NCBI RefSeq assembly: GCF_009914755.1 | Contig: NC_060934.1 | DNA: 64,000 nt | Direction: 5' to 3' (one strand) | DNA from: the human T2T-CHM13v2.0 reference genome, Homo sapiens | Shown here: piece after piece, positions 27,340-42,270 of the stretch | How the letters are laid out: each line of letters starts with the position of its first letter | Numbering within the stretch: the stretch's first letter is position 1 | Notes under the pieces: generated by a model | Told to the model about the DNA's origin: nothing | The model's input: only the letters and a program-made list of their open reading frames with translations | Databases searched by the model: none | Position numbers and translations under genes: made by a program

Positions 27340-28740
27340 TTTCTACAGTCTCTGTTTAACCTTTCAATGTCTGACTAAAGTGTGTCCCTTCACCTGTCCC
27401 AATAAAACTGCCCTGATGTGAGCTCACGGAGAACTCCAGCCTTCCAGTCCTGCTCTGTCTTTCCAGCCCATCAAACCCAGACCAGCTTCACTTCTTTCCT
27501 ATCAACCTGGCGGCTGTTATCAATCATTTCAACTACGTGTTTACTAACTCCCTCAATTCCCCTGATCCCTTAATCTTTTTCTGCACAGGTTCTCATGATG
27601 TACAGGTCTGGATTAATACAATCACCTGTTTTTCCCTTTGCGGCCCAGGGAACATGGAGGCCATTGGACAAAATCTGCTACATGTGTTTGAATTCAACCT
27701 TTGTGGAGCTTTCAGTCTCACTGCAAACCCTTTATCCTGCTCAAGTTGTCTCTCTTTCCTCTTCCCTGCAGTGATGGCTCTCAGCCTTGTCTTTGTCTTC
27801 AGGCTCCCCACCAGGCCCCTGCCCTCATTCTCTCAGCTGATGAATAAGTGGTCTGTGTTGCTGGGAAAATTGAGATCCTTAAGGGTGAACTCCTTCAACT
27901 TTTCTCTGAAAATATCCCTTTATCTTCCCTCATTTTTTCCCCACCTGTTGCCAAGATTTCAGATATCACAGTTTTCAACAAGACCTTGCTTTGTCAAAAA
28001 GCCTCACCCAAACCTGTGTTGCCACTGAGTGTCCACTGTGTCTTTATGTTTACCATCCAATGTTCCATCGTTCCTCTCCTGAGTCCCCTACAACCTCCCT
28101 ATGGCCCCTCTGGGAAGAGTCCACTCCTTTTAATGGAAATTGGAAGTTGCTGATAGTGCTTATCATACCTCCTTCTGAAACATCCTCCTCCCTTGATTTC
28201 TGTGATAACACACTCTTAATGTTTGGGTGGCTACTTGGGGTATTCCCTTTGACCCTTTTCTTACTCCACTCTCTCTTCACTGAATAGATTTCATCCAAAG
28301 ACATGAATGCAAATACCATCCATACTCTGATGATTCCAAAATCAATTTCCGAATCTCAGATCTTAACTGAAAACTAGAGATGTGTACTTATATGGCAAAA
28401 ATGATGTGCCAAGAAATAAACCCAGGCTCCTCCTTCTAAACCTAGTTTTTTGGGGGTAATCCTTGTTTTAAAGACATTAAATTTGATCGAATTACCCAAG
28501 GTAGAAACCTAAGAATTATATTTTAAGCCAGGAATGGTGGCTCATGCCTATAATCCCAGTGCTTTGGGAGGCTGAGACAGGAGGATTGCTTAGGCCAGGA
28601 GTTCAAGATCAGCCTGGGCAATGTAGCAAGACCCCATGTCTACAAAAAATAAAAAATAAATATCACATTTTATGTCTTCTTTTCAATTGCTCTCATACAT
28701 ATGCCCAATTGATATTAAATCCCACTGATTTAATTTCACT
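27340..28740 (+). mobile_element. LINE-2 remnant, interrupted by an Alu monomer
   Basis: L2 RT-region motifs ('ccttctgaaacatcctcctcccttgatttctgtgataacacactct', 'ctgatgattccaaaatc'). Confidence 0.65.
28526..28661 (+). mobile_element. Alu left monomer (FLAM/AluJ-like)
   Basis: 'gccaggaatggtggctcatgcctataatcccag...ggaggattgcttaggccaggagttcaagatcagcctgggcaa' with an A tail. Confidence 0.9.
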
Positions 28741-28741
28741 T

Positions 28742-30200
28742 ATTAATTCACTCAAAAATATTTATTTGAAATTTCCTCCATGTGAAGTAAGTAATTTCAG
28801 CTGTAATAATGCACAGTGCCAGGGACACCATGCATTAGGTACAACATAATGACCCTGTGAGTCATGGTGCTACGCCATGACTATAATAATAAAGATAATA
28901 GGGATATAGATATAATAATAAGGATAATAATAGGTAATAGGGCCTGCCCTTATGGCTCTTAAAATGTACTGTAGGGACATGACCATAAACAAGATCAGCA
29001 TCAAACAAGTGAAAAATTGCAAGAAAACATCAGAAAATGATGATTGAGCCAGGAACTGAAGAATGAGGGAAAGAGAAAGAATTGAATAGAAGTCAAATGG
29101 CTCCTGCACATAGTACTGTAGGCAAATGCCTCAGGCAGGAGCATCATGGGGCATAATTGCCACCAAAAGACCAGTGTGGCTGAAGCAGAAATTGGAGGAA
29201 AACTGTGCAAAATGAGACTGGAAATTAGGAGGAAAGCAGACCATGCAGAGCCTAGACCACATAAAGGAGCTATGTCTTTGTCTGTTCTAACAGCATTGGC
29301 AAGACAGTGAAAGCATTTGCAGATATTCAGCATGAGAGAGAGAAAAAGAAAAGCGAATTTGAATTTTGAAAAATTTTACTCTGGTCACAGTGTGGCAACC
29401 AGCTTGGTGAGGAGCAAGGGTCGAGGCAGGAGAATGTTGAGGCAGCAATGGCAATATCTCTGGCAGAAGGGGTGGTGGTCTCTTGAATGAGTAGGAAGGC
29501 AACTGGGCAGAAGACAGGTGGATGGGTTGGTGAGTTATTTAGGAGATAAAATCAACACAATGAAGTGTTGACTATGGAAGATTAAGGAGAAGAGGACATC
29601 ATGTCAGGTTCCTGGCTTTTCTAAGTGGACGGATGATGGTCTCCTTCACTGACTTGGAGAATAGAAAAAGAAGATTATGCGATGGAGGACAGCACTGGGG
29701 ACTGTATCTTAATTTCAATTTTGAACATATTGGTTTGCAGGGACTTTCAGCCTTCCAAGAAGAGATATGGATTACAAGTTTGAAACTCAGAGGAAGATGA
29801 TGCTGCATATGAACGCGTGTACTGTCTGTATATAGATGATAAGTGATGTCATAATGTAGATGAGAATGTCTAGGGAGAAAAACTTGAGTGAACTGAGAAG
29901 ACAGACAGCCCGTGACCAAATTCTGAGAACTCCAACCATTCACTGGTTGAGTGGAAGAGAACAAGCTCAGAAAATAAATGGAGAAAACATGGTAGGAGGA
30001 GCAGAAGAAAAATGAGGAGAATGCTGTCTCATGGAAGACAAGGTAAGAGAGCATTGCAAGAAGCAGAGAGTGATTATCAGGACCAAAGGTGCTGAGAATT
30101 CAAGAAAGAGGTCATATGGGAATACCTCTATTCAGTAGAGCTACTTGGATGTGGAATTATGAGAATGTAAGCCACAGTAGAGTGGTTAAGAAATAATGTA
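28742..30200 (-). mobile_element. LINE-2 remnant, antisense
   Basis: Starts with an antisense L2 3' end ('attcactcaaaaatatttattt'). Purine-rich L2 body ('ccagtgtggctgaagcaga', 'tttaggagataaaatcaaca'). Confidence 0.75.
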
Positions 30201-30599
30201 AAATGAAGAAATAAGATTTTCTTTAAGAAGCTCAATAAAAGAAGAGAGGAAGCGGAGCAATAGCTGGGGGAATGAGATTAGGATTTTATGTGTATTTAAT
30301 GGAAATGGTTTGAACAAATTAAAGGCTAATAGACAAATCTAGTTAACAGAAGGAATCTATGTATAAGGAAAAAATAATTAATACCTGTTTCATTGCTCCT
30401 GGGAAAGTAAGAGTGGATAGGACCTGGTTTCCAGGATGAGATGTGGCTTTAATCCCAGAAGAAAGTCTACTTTATTATTACAGCAAAAAAAGGGGGCGAT
30501 ATTGAGGACAGATGCAGGTCATTCATATATTTATAATTGGGGAGATAAGTAAATTCTCATTTGAAAACTTTTACTTTATTTTTTATTTTTCTGTAAAGT

Positions 30600-30962
30600 G
30601 GATATGAACTGACAAAAACCAATCCTAAAAAAGCACATAAGGTATATGATTTCATCTATATAACATGCTAGAAATGATAAAATGATGAGAATGAACAACA
30701 GATTAGTGGTTGCCAGAGGCTAAGGAGAAGCAGAGGGAAGTGGGTGTGACTATACAACAGCAACATGAAGCATCATGTCGTGATAAAAATATACTTTATC
30801 TCGGCTGTATTCATGTCAGTATCCTGGATTTGATATTATGCTACAACTTCACAAGATGTTATCATTGGCAAAAACCGAGTAAAGAGTACAGGGAAATTCT
30901 CTTATTACAACTCCATGTGAATATGTAAGTATCTCAAAATAAAAAAGTTTAATTAAAAAATG
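30600..30962 (+). mobile_element. L1MD/ME 3'UTR fragment
   Basis: 'aacagattagtggttgccagaggctaagg...ttattacaact...atctcaaaataaaaagtttaattaaaaaa'. Confidence 0.8.
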
Positions 30963-31462
30963 TTGAGTAAAGGAGAGGAGGCGTGTTTATGCATTTAAAA
31001 AGTGTGAACAGTTTCTGGGGAAAGTAAAGAAAGAATTGGCCAAAAAGTCCTAGTGAGATTTCCAGGTCTCTTAGAGATTGGCAACCATGAATTTACAAGG
31101 ACAGCAATCAATCTGTTCTGCTGTGTAGCTTTCATCACCTGCACTCCACCATCTGGGGATAAGAATAGAGAAAACAGGTGGTTGGGTTGTTCAGGATACG
31201 GGTGCACCAAGCCAGTGCAATAACAACAGCAAGAAATGAAGGACAATTTTTCTCAGATCCATGTCTGTCCTTTCCATCCTCCCTGCTGGTGCTTTGGTTT
31301 AGAATCGTGCTTTTGTATCTCCCTCCTCAACATGTTCAAGCTCTTTCCTGGGCTACTCCCACACCAGCATTGTAATTTAAACAGCTTATCCTTCAAATTC
31401 TTGGGCCCAGAAGTGACAACAACTGCAACTATGCCTTCATAGCTTCTTATACATTAGTATAT

Positions 31463-31979
31463 TTTATTTATCAGTGTTCTCTAGAGAAACAGAGCCAAAA
31501 GATTGTGTATATAGATAGATAGACAGATAGACAGAGAAACAGAGAAAGAGAGAGGGGACGGAGGGTTGTGGGGGAGGGACAGAGAGAGAAGAGAGAGAGA
31601 GAAGGAGAGAGATGTATTCGTTTATGTATTTTAGGGAATTGGTGCACATGGTATGGACCCCAGCAAGTCCCCCTCTGCAGGTCAGGTGGGGATCCAGGGA
31701 AGATGCTGGAGACCATGTTACAGCTCCAATCCAAAGGGACTCTGAAGGTAAAATACCCTCCTTTCGGGAAAACTCAGTTTTTTTTCTTAACACCTTCAAT
31801 TGATTGAATGAAGCTAACCCTTAGTACAGAGGTTAATCTGATGTTCTCAAAAATCTATTGATTTAAATGCTAATTTCATCTAAAAATGATACCTTCACAG
31901 CAACATGTAGACTAGTGTTTGACCAAATACCTGGGCATCACGATCCTAGCTAAGTCAACACAAAAAATTAACCATCACA
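31463..31979 (-). mobile_element. ERVL LTR, MLT2 family, with internal (GATA/GACA)n and GA repeats
   Basis: 'gttctctagagaaacagagccaa...gatttaaatgctaatttcatctaaaaat...aaaattaaccatcaca'. Confidence 0.85.
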
Positions 31980-33199
31980 TCCATTATAACTAGAGTGATC
32001 ACACCATTCATCATTCTAATGGAAGTTATTAATAATTGTTAGAACAATAAGCACAAACTGGGGCTGTCTCTGGCAAACCAGGACATAAGACCATCTTCAT
32101 TACAGTCTCATCACAATGTGTTTTGATAGCTCCATGGGAGTTCCCATGGATCTCTGTGTCCCTAGAAAAAGTTGGTGCCCTGCACACTGTTGTATTCGAG
32201 AAATGTTGACGGCCCCTCCTGGCCTATCTTGGTTTTTATTTGTCTGTGGTCTGTCCTTACCACATAGTCCATTCCAGGTACTCCCACCCATCTGAAATCT
32301 CTCGGGTTTATCCAGAAGAGGATAGATTCATATTTTGTTAGCCTCTGCTGACACATCTGAAATGCCTGAAAAGGAATAGTACCCAAAAACAAAAAGAGAA
32401 GAAACTATTATCTTCAACTTAAGTGTACACAGGACATGTCCCTGGGCTCAAGAGTAGCTGCCATTGGGCTGATGGCCACTCCACTTGGGCCCTGATCTGA
32501 GCAGGGTCTGAGAATCACACTCAGTCCTAAGACCCATAACTTGGGGTACCTGTATCCTGCCTTGGCATTGTTCCAGGCCTGCTTAGTTCTCAGTATTCTG
32601 GGTGTCCCTTCTTTCCCAGCTTTTAGGTCTTGGCAGGGACATCTCCGTAGCTAAGAACCTCTACCCCTCTACACTGCAGAATCTTTGTATAATCCTGAGT
32701 TCTGTTCTGCTAGTTCTATTCTGATCAAATTGCCTCTTCCTGAAAGCAGGAACTCTGGATCATCACCAAGTCCCAGACTGAAAAACCCACCTAGAACCTA
32801 AATTCCTTTGACAGATATGCATAGCTCTTGGAAATCACTCACTGTGAGTGCAGAGAACTGCCGCCAAGCCCCACGGGCAGGTTCCTGCTACTGCTGGCAT
32901 GTGGCCATGTCATATTGCTGATTCTAGTTTCCTGTGTCATTGCACTATGCCCATCAGCCACAGATGCATCCAAGACTGGCTACTGCCTCCCAGCTTATTT
33001 GAGTTTGCTTTTCTGCTCACTGGGAACCTGTAGGCCCTGCCTCAGGGTCTGTTTGCATTGTCATATGTAGGCTTGCTATGTGCTCAGTTCCAACACCAGT
33101 TCTTGGACTCTGCCATACTATGTTTTCTGCCCTCAGTAACTAAAAACCTCCCAATCCATTTAGTCTAGGGTTTGTCCTCCCATTTTGTGCAGCTGCAGG

Positions 33200-33395
33200 G
33201 AGAATGTTTAGTGCAGTAGTTAAGAACAAAGATGTGAGGACCAGACTGACCTAGGTTGCTCTGCGGTCTTAAGCAGGTTACACAAAATCTCCTACTCTCC
33301 ATCATCTGATCTCACAGTTTTATTGTGAGGATTAAATGATGGAACACGTGCAAAGAGTTTGACATGATGCCTGTTACTGAGTCAGCCCTCAGCAT
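33200..33395 (+). mobile_element. MIR SINE
   Basis: 'tagtgcagtagttaagaac...ttgtgaggattaaatga'. Confidence 0.65.
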
Positions 33396-33454
33396 ACAAG
33401 CCTAATACAGGGTTTGAAATCTGGCCCTAGTGTTCTGCCATTCACCTCCTCTGG

Positions 33455-33662
33455 GTGGTAATATGCTGGCTAATGTTTTATAATCAGCTCTCTGAGTAAA
33501 ACAAGGCTCTGATTTATAGTGCTTGCTGATTTCCATGGTGTAAATATTCCCATCATGGCCAATTTCATGGTGCTAATGTGATGTTACTGAACACAGAGTT
33601 GAGAAAAGATACACACAAGAGGTTTTCATGAGCTGGTAAGAGCAGGACGCAGCACACCAGTG
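33455..33662. mobile_element. Non-autonomous hAT DNA transposon (MER63-like)
   Basis: Degenerate TIRs 'gtggtaatatgctgg' ... 'gcagcacaccagtg'; internal 'gatttccatggtgtaaatattcccatcatggccaatttca'. Confidence 0.6.
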
Positions 33663-34644
33663 ACATTGGAGCTACACTGGCCCAGTGCTTATGCTCTGAC
33701 CTGGATCTTTTATGAGGAACTCATTTCTGGCTCATGCTCAAGAAGCTGTCTCTCCGTGATGTATTAAAGAGCGGTCTCCTTCACATTCTTGGGAGTGATG
33801 CTGGATAAAGCATGTAGTCATTTCATCTCTTCAAATAAGATATTACAGATGATTCTGATCTGCTGAGATGCAGCAGCCTCTTCAATTGCAGCCAAGGGTC
33901 AGCTCATGATATTGATGGTAAGGACTGCCCTTCTGGGAACTTTCCAGAGTTCTCTACAGCACCTCTGCTTATTTCATTGGTTGCTATGAACACCTGCCTG
34001 AAACTTTTACTTCTTACAAGAAGTGGCCCCAGGACTCTCATTTCTGTCTATTAATACCAATACTTCCAAGAGCAACAACTAGAAAAGCTGAATGAAATGA
34101 AAGTAACATTTGTTTGCAGGTATTAGGGAGCTACTGAATAACCAAGAGTTAAAGGCCACAGTCTTGTGAGGAACTGCATGAGGCTTTTCCTATTGGTCAT
34201 TGCCACTTTGATGTCTATCATGGAGATAAGTGCCTGCCAGAAAATGGAGAAGAACCCAACAAAGAATCAGCAGCTAAGCAGCGCTCTCCATGTATCACGA
34301 AAGTGGGGAAACGAAGGCTGGAGTCTGGACCAATCAAGGCAACCCAATCTTGAGGAACCCAAATCCTGGATAGTGAAATGGGGATATTAAGATGAGAGCC
34401 ACACTGTGTGCCAGTCTTCCTATTGAGGGATTAGGCTATTTGTAAGTTGTTTAGGAAAAAAGACTAAGAAGCAGAGGAATAAAGACACTAAAATGATGAG
34501 TAGAGTTTTTGGCCATTTCACTATGCTGGGGAGAAAAAATATGGAGATGAGAATAAGTCATAAAAAGGGGTGTTGGTAAACATAACAGGTGTTCAGGTGT
34601 GATCCCTGAAGGGCTACAGTTTACTAGTGGGGATAAAACAGAAG

Positions 34645-35459
34645 TGAAACAGGAAATTTTCCTGGACCCCTTCATGGGTGGGAACTAGAATGTGGGTGCT
34701 GGAGCTAGCCAGTGGCTTCAGAGGCTTCACTCACTGGGATCCACTGCATTCCACCCCTTGTGAGAGGAGCAGTGCAGCTGAGCTTGTGCAGGAAGGAGCC
34801 AGGGCAAGTGCTTCTGGGCACTGTCAGGAGCAAAATGCTGTGCGGGGCCCATGGCAGCGTCTATGGGAGAGTACCCACTATCCCCAAAGCCCCAGAAGGA
34901 GTGTTACAGGCAGTGCTCTTTCAGCTTTATCATCCACAGATGGCTTAAATGATTAACAGCTTAGTGGACGCTCTGCCTTTTTGCAAGGGTAGAGGGTCAG
35001 CGTGACAGCCTTCTGTATCTTGAGCTCTTGTTCAGCATCCAGGAAAAATCAGGTCACATGAATGAATTGAAGGATAGCAAATGTGGGGGATTTTATTGCC
35101 TATGGAAGTGGCTCTTAGTGGGAAGAGGAGTTGGAAAGGGGATGGAGTGGGAAGGTATTCTTCCCCTGAAGTCCCACCATCAAGCTGTCCCTCTGAAGTC
35201 AAACTGCTTCTCTCCAACATTCAGCCACTTCCTCTCTTCTCCCCTTCTCTGCTCTCTGCCAGTGGAGCTTGGAGTTTTTATGGGTACAGGATGGAGTGCA
35301 GGGCAGTCCAGGTGTGGCTTTGGAAAAGGCAACATTCGAGCAGGAAAACGGGCATGTAAAGTTCTCACTTTGGGCTGTGGTTCCAGGCTTGAGGATGGGG
35401 CCCTCGCCAGAGACCCCACCCTTTTCTGCCTAGAATTTCTCTGCTTCCTGTCCCTATCA
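34645..35459 (-). mobile_element. ERV1 solo LTR (MER52/LTR1/LTR28 group)
   Basis: TG...CA termini. Minus strand starts 'tgatagggacaggaagcagagaaattctaggcagaaaagggtgggg'. 4-bp TSD gaag at 34641-34644 and 35460-35463. Confidence 0.8.
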
Positions 35460-35492
35460 GAAGTAGTCAAAATCTTTTAAGAAGTGAAACCA

Positions 35493-35850
<358 letters not shown>

Positions 35851-37505
35851 TTATCTTTCTTGTTCTAGTTGCCCGCTATATGATAGAGTAAATTATCTCT
35901 GGGAAAAGAGAATGCGTTTCTGAGCCTACATAGTGTTTCATACACAATATCTGATGCTCCATAAAATATTACCGAGCATTTTTTAAAGCCTCTTCTGGAT
36001 TCTAGACCTGCATGTAAGGAGCTTTGAGGTCTTCACTAACAACAAGTAAACAAAAGAAAAATACATAAACTGAAAAATCAACTCTTCTTAGATCTGTCAT
36101 AAACGTAAGGTCACAGGATAAACCTCCTCCCCAAAAATAAGAGAGACACACGAGCGTATACAGAGAATCACAACTTGCCAGAACAGAGACCCACAAGCAG
36201 AAACCTCTGTGGGAACAAATACTGGGGCAGGAAAACCCAAACTGTAACTGGTGAATTGCTGAAAGCTCAGTGTGGATGAATCTGAGAGTTAGAAACTCCA
36301 GTGGGGGCAGGCATACAGAGGCCCCTCACTTTTTATGAGTTTTACTTCCAGGAGCTCTCTCAGGTTCTCAAAGTGAGTATCAGAGAAAACTTTCCTCATG
36401 TATTTGAAAATAGAAGGGAGAAGTAACCATTATGAAATATGCCAAAGCATTCTGTTCTTAAAAAGGCCTGTGGTCAATAAAAAATATCTTACCAAAGCCT
36501 ACTCTTTTGTGGTTTTAACAGAGCCTAACCAACCTGGAGAAAGAGAAAGACCCAACTCTAGCCCACTCTAGTCAACCTGTCCTACCTGGAGCAGGGGTCA
36601 GGGAGACTGAGAAGCCCTTGTGAAGTTCATATTCAAGGGGCATAGGATCACAAAAGGACGAAAGCCTAATAATCACAGAGTGATAGAACACTTCACCTGC
36701 CCACCACATTACTAAAGATCTGTTATCAGAATTCCTTTTACTGAGTATGTCAGTCAGGCTTACGACAAAAAGTCACAATATATACTAAAGGCAAAATACA
36801 AAAAAAAACAACAACAACAAAAAACAGTTTGAAGAGACAGAACAAATATCAGAACCAGACTCATATATTTCAGACATGTTGGAGTTATCAGGCCGAGAAT
36901 TTGGAACTATCCTTAATAAGCTAAAGGCTCTAATGGAAAAAGTAGAAAATACGCAAAGCAGAGGTAAAATGTAAGCAGAGAGATGGAAATTTTAAGAAAT
37001 ATTCAAAAAGAAATGATATAAATCAAAAACATTGTAACAAGAAGAATACCTTTGATAGAGTAATTCGTAGACTGGATATGGCTGAGGAATGAATCTCTGA
37101 GCTTGGGCATATGTCAACAGAAACTTCTAAAACTGAAAATCAAAGAGAAAAACATGAAAAAATAGAACATAATATCCAAGAACTGTGGGACAACTACAAA
37201 TGATGTAACAAATGCTTAATGGGAATATACGAAGAAGAAATAAAGAAACATAAAATACTTGAAGTAATGACTGAGAATATTCCCCAATTAATGTCAGACA
37301 CCAAATCACAAGTCCAGGAAGTTCAGAGAACACCAAACAGAATAACACGACCCTGCTTCTGAAATGAAGAATCAAAACAAGACAAAAATACACTACACCT
37401 AGAAAATTTATATTCAAACTGTGGGAAATCAAAAATTAAAAAGTCTTAAAAATAAGACAAATGTAAAAAACATCTTACTCATAAAGGTTCAAGGATAAGG
37501 ATTAC

Positions 37506-37800
<295 letters not shown>

Positions 37801-38982
37801 TTACGTCTGATTTCTCAGAAAAACTTCAAGCAATAGAATGAAGTAAAATATTTAAAGTGTTGGAAGAAAAAACACTAGCCTGGAACTCTGTGGGTTGCAA
37901 AATTATCCTTTAAAAGTGAAGGAAAAATAAAAATATTCTCATACAAACAAAACTTGAGGAAATTTGTTGCCAGTAGACCTGCCATGAAAGAAATGTTAAA
38001 AGAAGCTCTTCAGAAAGAAAGAAAATGATATAGGTCAGAAACTCAGATCTACATAAACAAAGGAAGATCACTGGAGAACGAACAGTAAAGATAAAATAAA
38101 AACTTCTATTTTTCTTGTTCTTAATTGTTCTAACACGTAACAGTTTGTTCCAAATAATAGCAACAATTTTTTAATGATTATAGCTTATGTATAAGTGAAA
38201 TGAATAAGGGCAATGATTCAAAGAACAAGAAGGAACAATTAGGAATATTTTGTTATTATAAGGTACTTGCACTGCCTGTGAAGTGGTATAATATTTCCAC
38301 TTTCAAGTGGACCTGGATTAGTTGTAAATATATATTGCAAACTCCAGGGCAACCACTAGGAAAAAAAAAAGAAGTATAAATTATATGCTAAGAAAGGAGA
38401 GAAAATAGAATTATATAAAATGCTCAAGTGAAGCCACAAAAGACTGAAAAGTAAAAAATAAAAACAAAGGCAATAAATAGAAAAGTTATTAATCCAACTA
38501 TATTAATAATCATTTCAAACATGAAATATCTAAATACACAATTAAAAAATTGTGAGAGTGGATCAAAATTCCACAAGAAACCCACTTTAAATATAAAGAA
38601 ACATATAGATTAGAAGAAATGGAGAAAGGTATATCATGCTAACACTAATCAAAACGAAAAGGAAGAAGCTGCATTAATATTAAACAGAACAGACTTGACA
38701 GCAAGGAATATAATCAGGGATCAAGAGGGGTAAACATAAAGGGATAGATTTACAATAATATACAACAATCCTTAACGGGTGTGTACCTAAAATGAGAGCA
38801 TCAAAATATGTAAGGCAAAAACTGATAGAACTTCAAAGAGAAGTAGATGAATCCACTATTATATTTGTAGACTTTAGCACTCCTTTATCAGAAATGGACA
38901 AATCCAGCAGGCAGCAAATAACTAAGGACATAGTCGAACTCAACAGCTCCATCAATCAACTTGATATAATTCACATCTATAG

Positions 38983-39381
<399 letters not shown>

Positions 39382-42270
39382 CAAATTTTTTAAAAATAGA
39401 AATCATACGATGTTTTCTCTCAGAACAAAATAGAATTAAACTAGAAAACAATAATAAAGGTAGGTGAAAAATCCCCAAATACTTAGCAATTAAGCAATGC
39501 ATTTCTAAATAACATATTGGTGAGTGAAAAAAATCTGAAGAGAAATTTAGAAATATTTTGAACTAAACAAAAATAAACAGTTCATCAAGAATTGTGGGAT
39601 GCAGCAAAAGCAGTGCTTTGAGAGAAATTTGGAGCAGTCACTGTATATATACTTTTGTAAAAAGAAATATCTAAAGTGAATAATCTATGCTTCCACTTTA
39701 GAAAAGTGGAAAAAGAAGAGTAAATTAAATCCAACGTAAGTAGAAGAAAGAAATAATAAAAATTAAAGCAGAAATAAATGAAATTTAAAGCAGGAAATCA
39801 ATAGAGAAAATGAACAAATCCAAAAGCTGGTTCTTTGAAAGATGAATAAAATTTATAAAACTCTAGTCTGCTTACCAAAGGAAAAAAAGAAGACAAAAAT
39901 TTCTAATATCAGAAATGAAGAAGAGACATCAGTACAGATCTTATGAACATTAAAAGGATAATAAAAATACTATGAATAACTCAACACCTACAAATTTTAT
40001 TATTTAGATAAAATAGAACAGAAAGGCACATGTGCCAAAACTCATACAAGAAAAAGTAGGCAATCTGAATACACCTATATCTACTAAATAATTTGAATCA
40101 AAAATTAATAACCTTTCAAAATCCAAAGCATCAAACCCAGATGGGTTCATTGATCAATTCTACCAAACATTTAAAGAAAAAAATTACAATTTCTACAATC
40201 TCTTCCAGAAGATAAAAGCAGAGGACAAACTTCCTAATTCATTCTGTGAGGCCACCATTACCCTAATACCAAAACCAAAGACATTTTACAAGAAAATAAA
40301 GGTACAGGCCAATATTTCTAATGAACAAATATGCAGAAAATCTCAACAAAATATTTGCAAATTGAATCCAATAAAAAAATTATACATCATGACCAAGTGT
40401 CATTTATCCCAGGTATGAAATGCTAGTTCATTCTATCAAAAGACTAAACAACAGCAACAAAAAGTTCATGATTATATCAATAAATGCAGGAAAAGTACAT
40501 TTTAAAAAACTTGATGCCTATTCATAATTAAAACTCATGGCACACTAGAAATAGAAGAAAATTTCTCAACTAGATAAAAAAAAAACTACAAGAACCTATA
40601 ACTAAAATTTTACTTCATGGTGAGAAATTAGAACGTTTCCCACTAAGATCAGGAAAAAGATGAGTATATCTCCTCTTACCATTCCTTTTCAAAGTGTTAA
40701 AACTATGCAATAAGCAAGATAATGCAGTAACACAAGAAAAGGAAATAAAAAGTATACGGATTGGGAAGAAAGATATAAAACTCTTTCATAGGTGGCAGAT
40801 TTCTTTATGTTGAAAATCTGAAATAACCAACAACAGAACTCCCAAAACTCAAAAGCAATTATAGAAAGCCTTCAGATATAAGGTTAATATACAAATTAAA
40901 TTGACTTTCTATATGTCAACAATAAATGGAATTTGACATTAAAACCACAATACCATCTACAGTAGTGCCAAAAATATTAAATTACTTGGCATAAATCTAG
41001 CAAAATATTACAAGATCTATATAAAAAATGAAAAACTTTGATGAAATAAATCAAAGAACCAGATAAATAGAAAGATATTCTATGTTCATGGATAGAAACA
41101 CTCAATATTGTCAAGGTATCAGTTCTTCACAACTTGATCAATAGACTAAATACAGTCTCAACCAAAATCCCAGTAGTTATTTTGTGGATATCAACAAAAT
41201 GATTCTAAAGTTTATATGAAGAAGCAAAAGACCCAGAATAGCCAACACAACATTGCAAATGAACAAAGTCAGAGAACTGATACTATCAGACTTTAAGACT
41301 TACTATGAAGCTACAATGCAGTATTAGCAAAAGAACAGACAAGTAGATCAATGGAAAAGAATATAGAGCCCAGAAGTAGAACCACATAAATAAAGTCAAC
41401 TAAATTTTGATATAGAACCAAAGGTAACGCAATGAAGAAAGATACTCTTTTCAACAAATGTTCTGGAACAACTGAAAATCCACATGCAAAAAAAAAAAAA
41501 AAAACCCACAAAGAATTTAGACAGAGACCTTATACCCTCACAAAAATTAACTCAAAAGAAACCATAGACCTAAATGCAAAGTACACAACTATAAAACTTC
41601 CACAAGATATCATAGGAGAAAATCTACATGACCTTGAGTATGATGATGGCTTTTTAGACACAACAGCAAAGGCAAAATCTATGAAATAAAAACCCAATAA
41701 GGTGACTGCATTAAAATTAAAAATTTCTGCTCTGCTGAAGACACTGTCAAGAGCATGAGAAGACAACCACAGACTGGGAGAATATATTTTCAACAGACAT
41801 ATCTGATAAAAAGATTATTATCAAAAATATACAAAGAACTCTTATATTCAACAATAAAAAATCAAACAACTCAATTTAAAACATGGGCAAAAGACCTGAA
41901 CAGACACTTCATCAAAGAAAACATACAGATATCAAATAAGCATATAAAAAGATGCTCCACATCATATGCCATTAGGGAACTGCAAATTAAAACAAAGAGA
42001 TAGCACAACTATCTTTTAGAATGGACAAAGTCCGAAACAGTGATAGTATCAAATGAGAAGCAATAGGAACTTTCATTTATTGATGGTGAATACAGTCACT
42101 TTGGAAGACAGTTTGGTAATTTCTGACAAATTCGGTAAATTGTGACAAACACAGTCTTATTATCCAAACCACCAATTGCGCTTTTAGGTATTTACCCAAA
42201 TGATTTAAAAACTTAATGGCCACCAAAAACCTACAAATGGATATTTGTAGCAGCTTTATTTGTAATTCTT

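Noticed and set aside
27537-30054. ORFs of 100-163 aa
   Set aside because: They lie in L2/Alu remnants and resemble no protein.
35028-35480. 150-aa ORF
   Set aside because: Entirely within a solo LTR; no gag, pol or env similarity.
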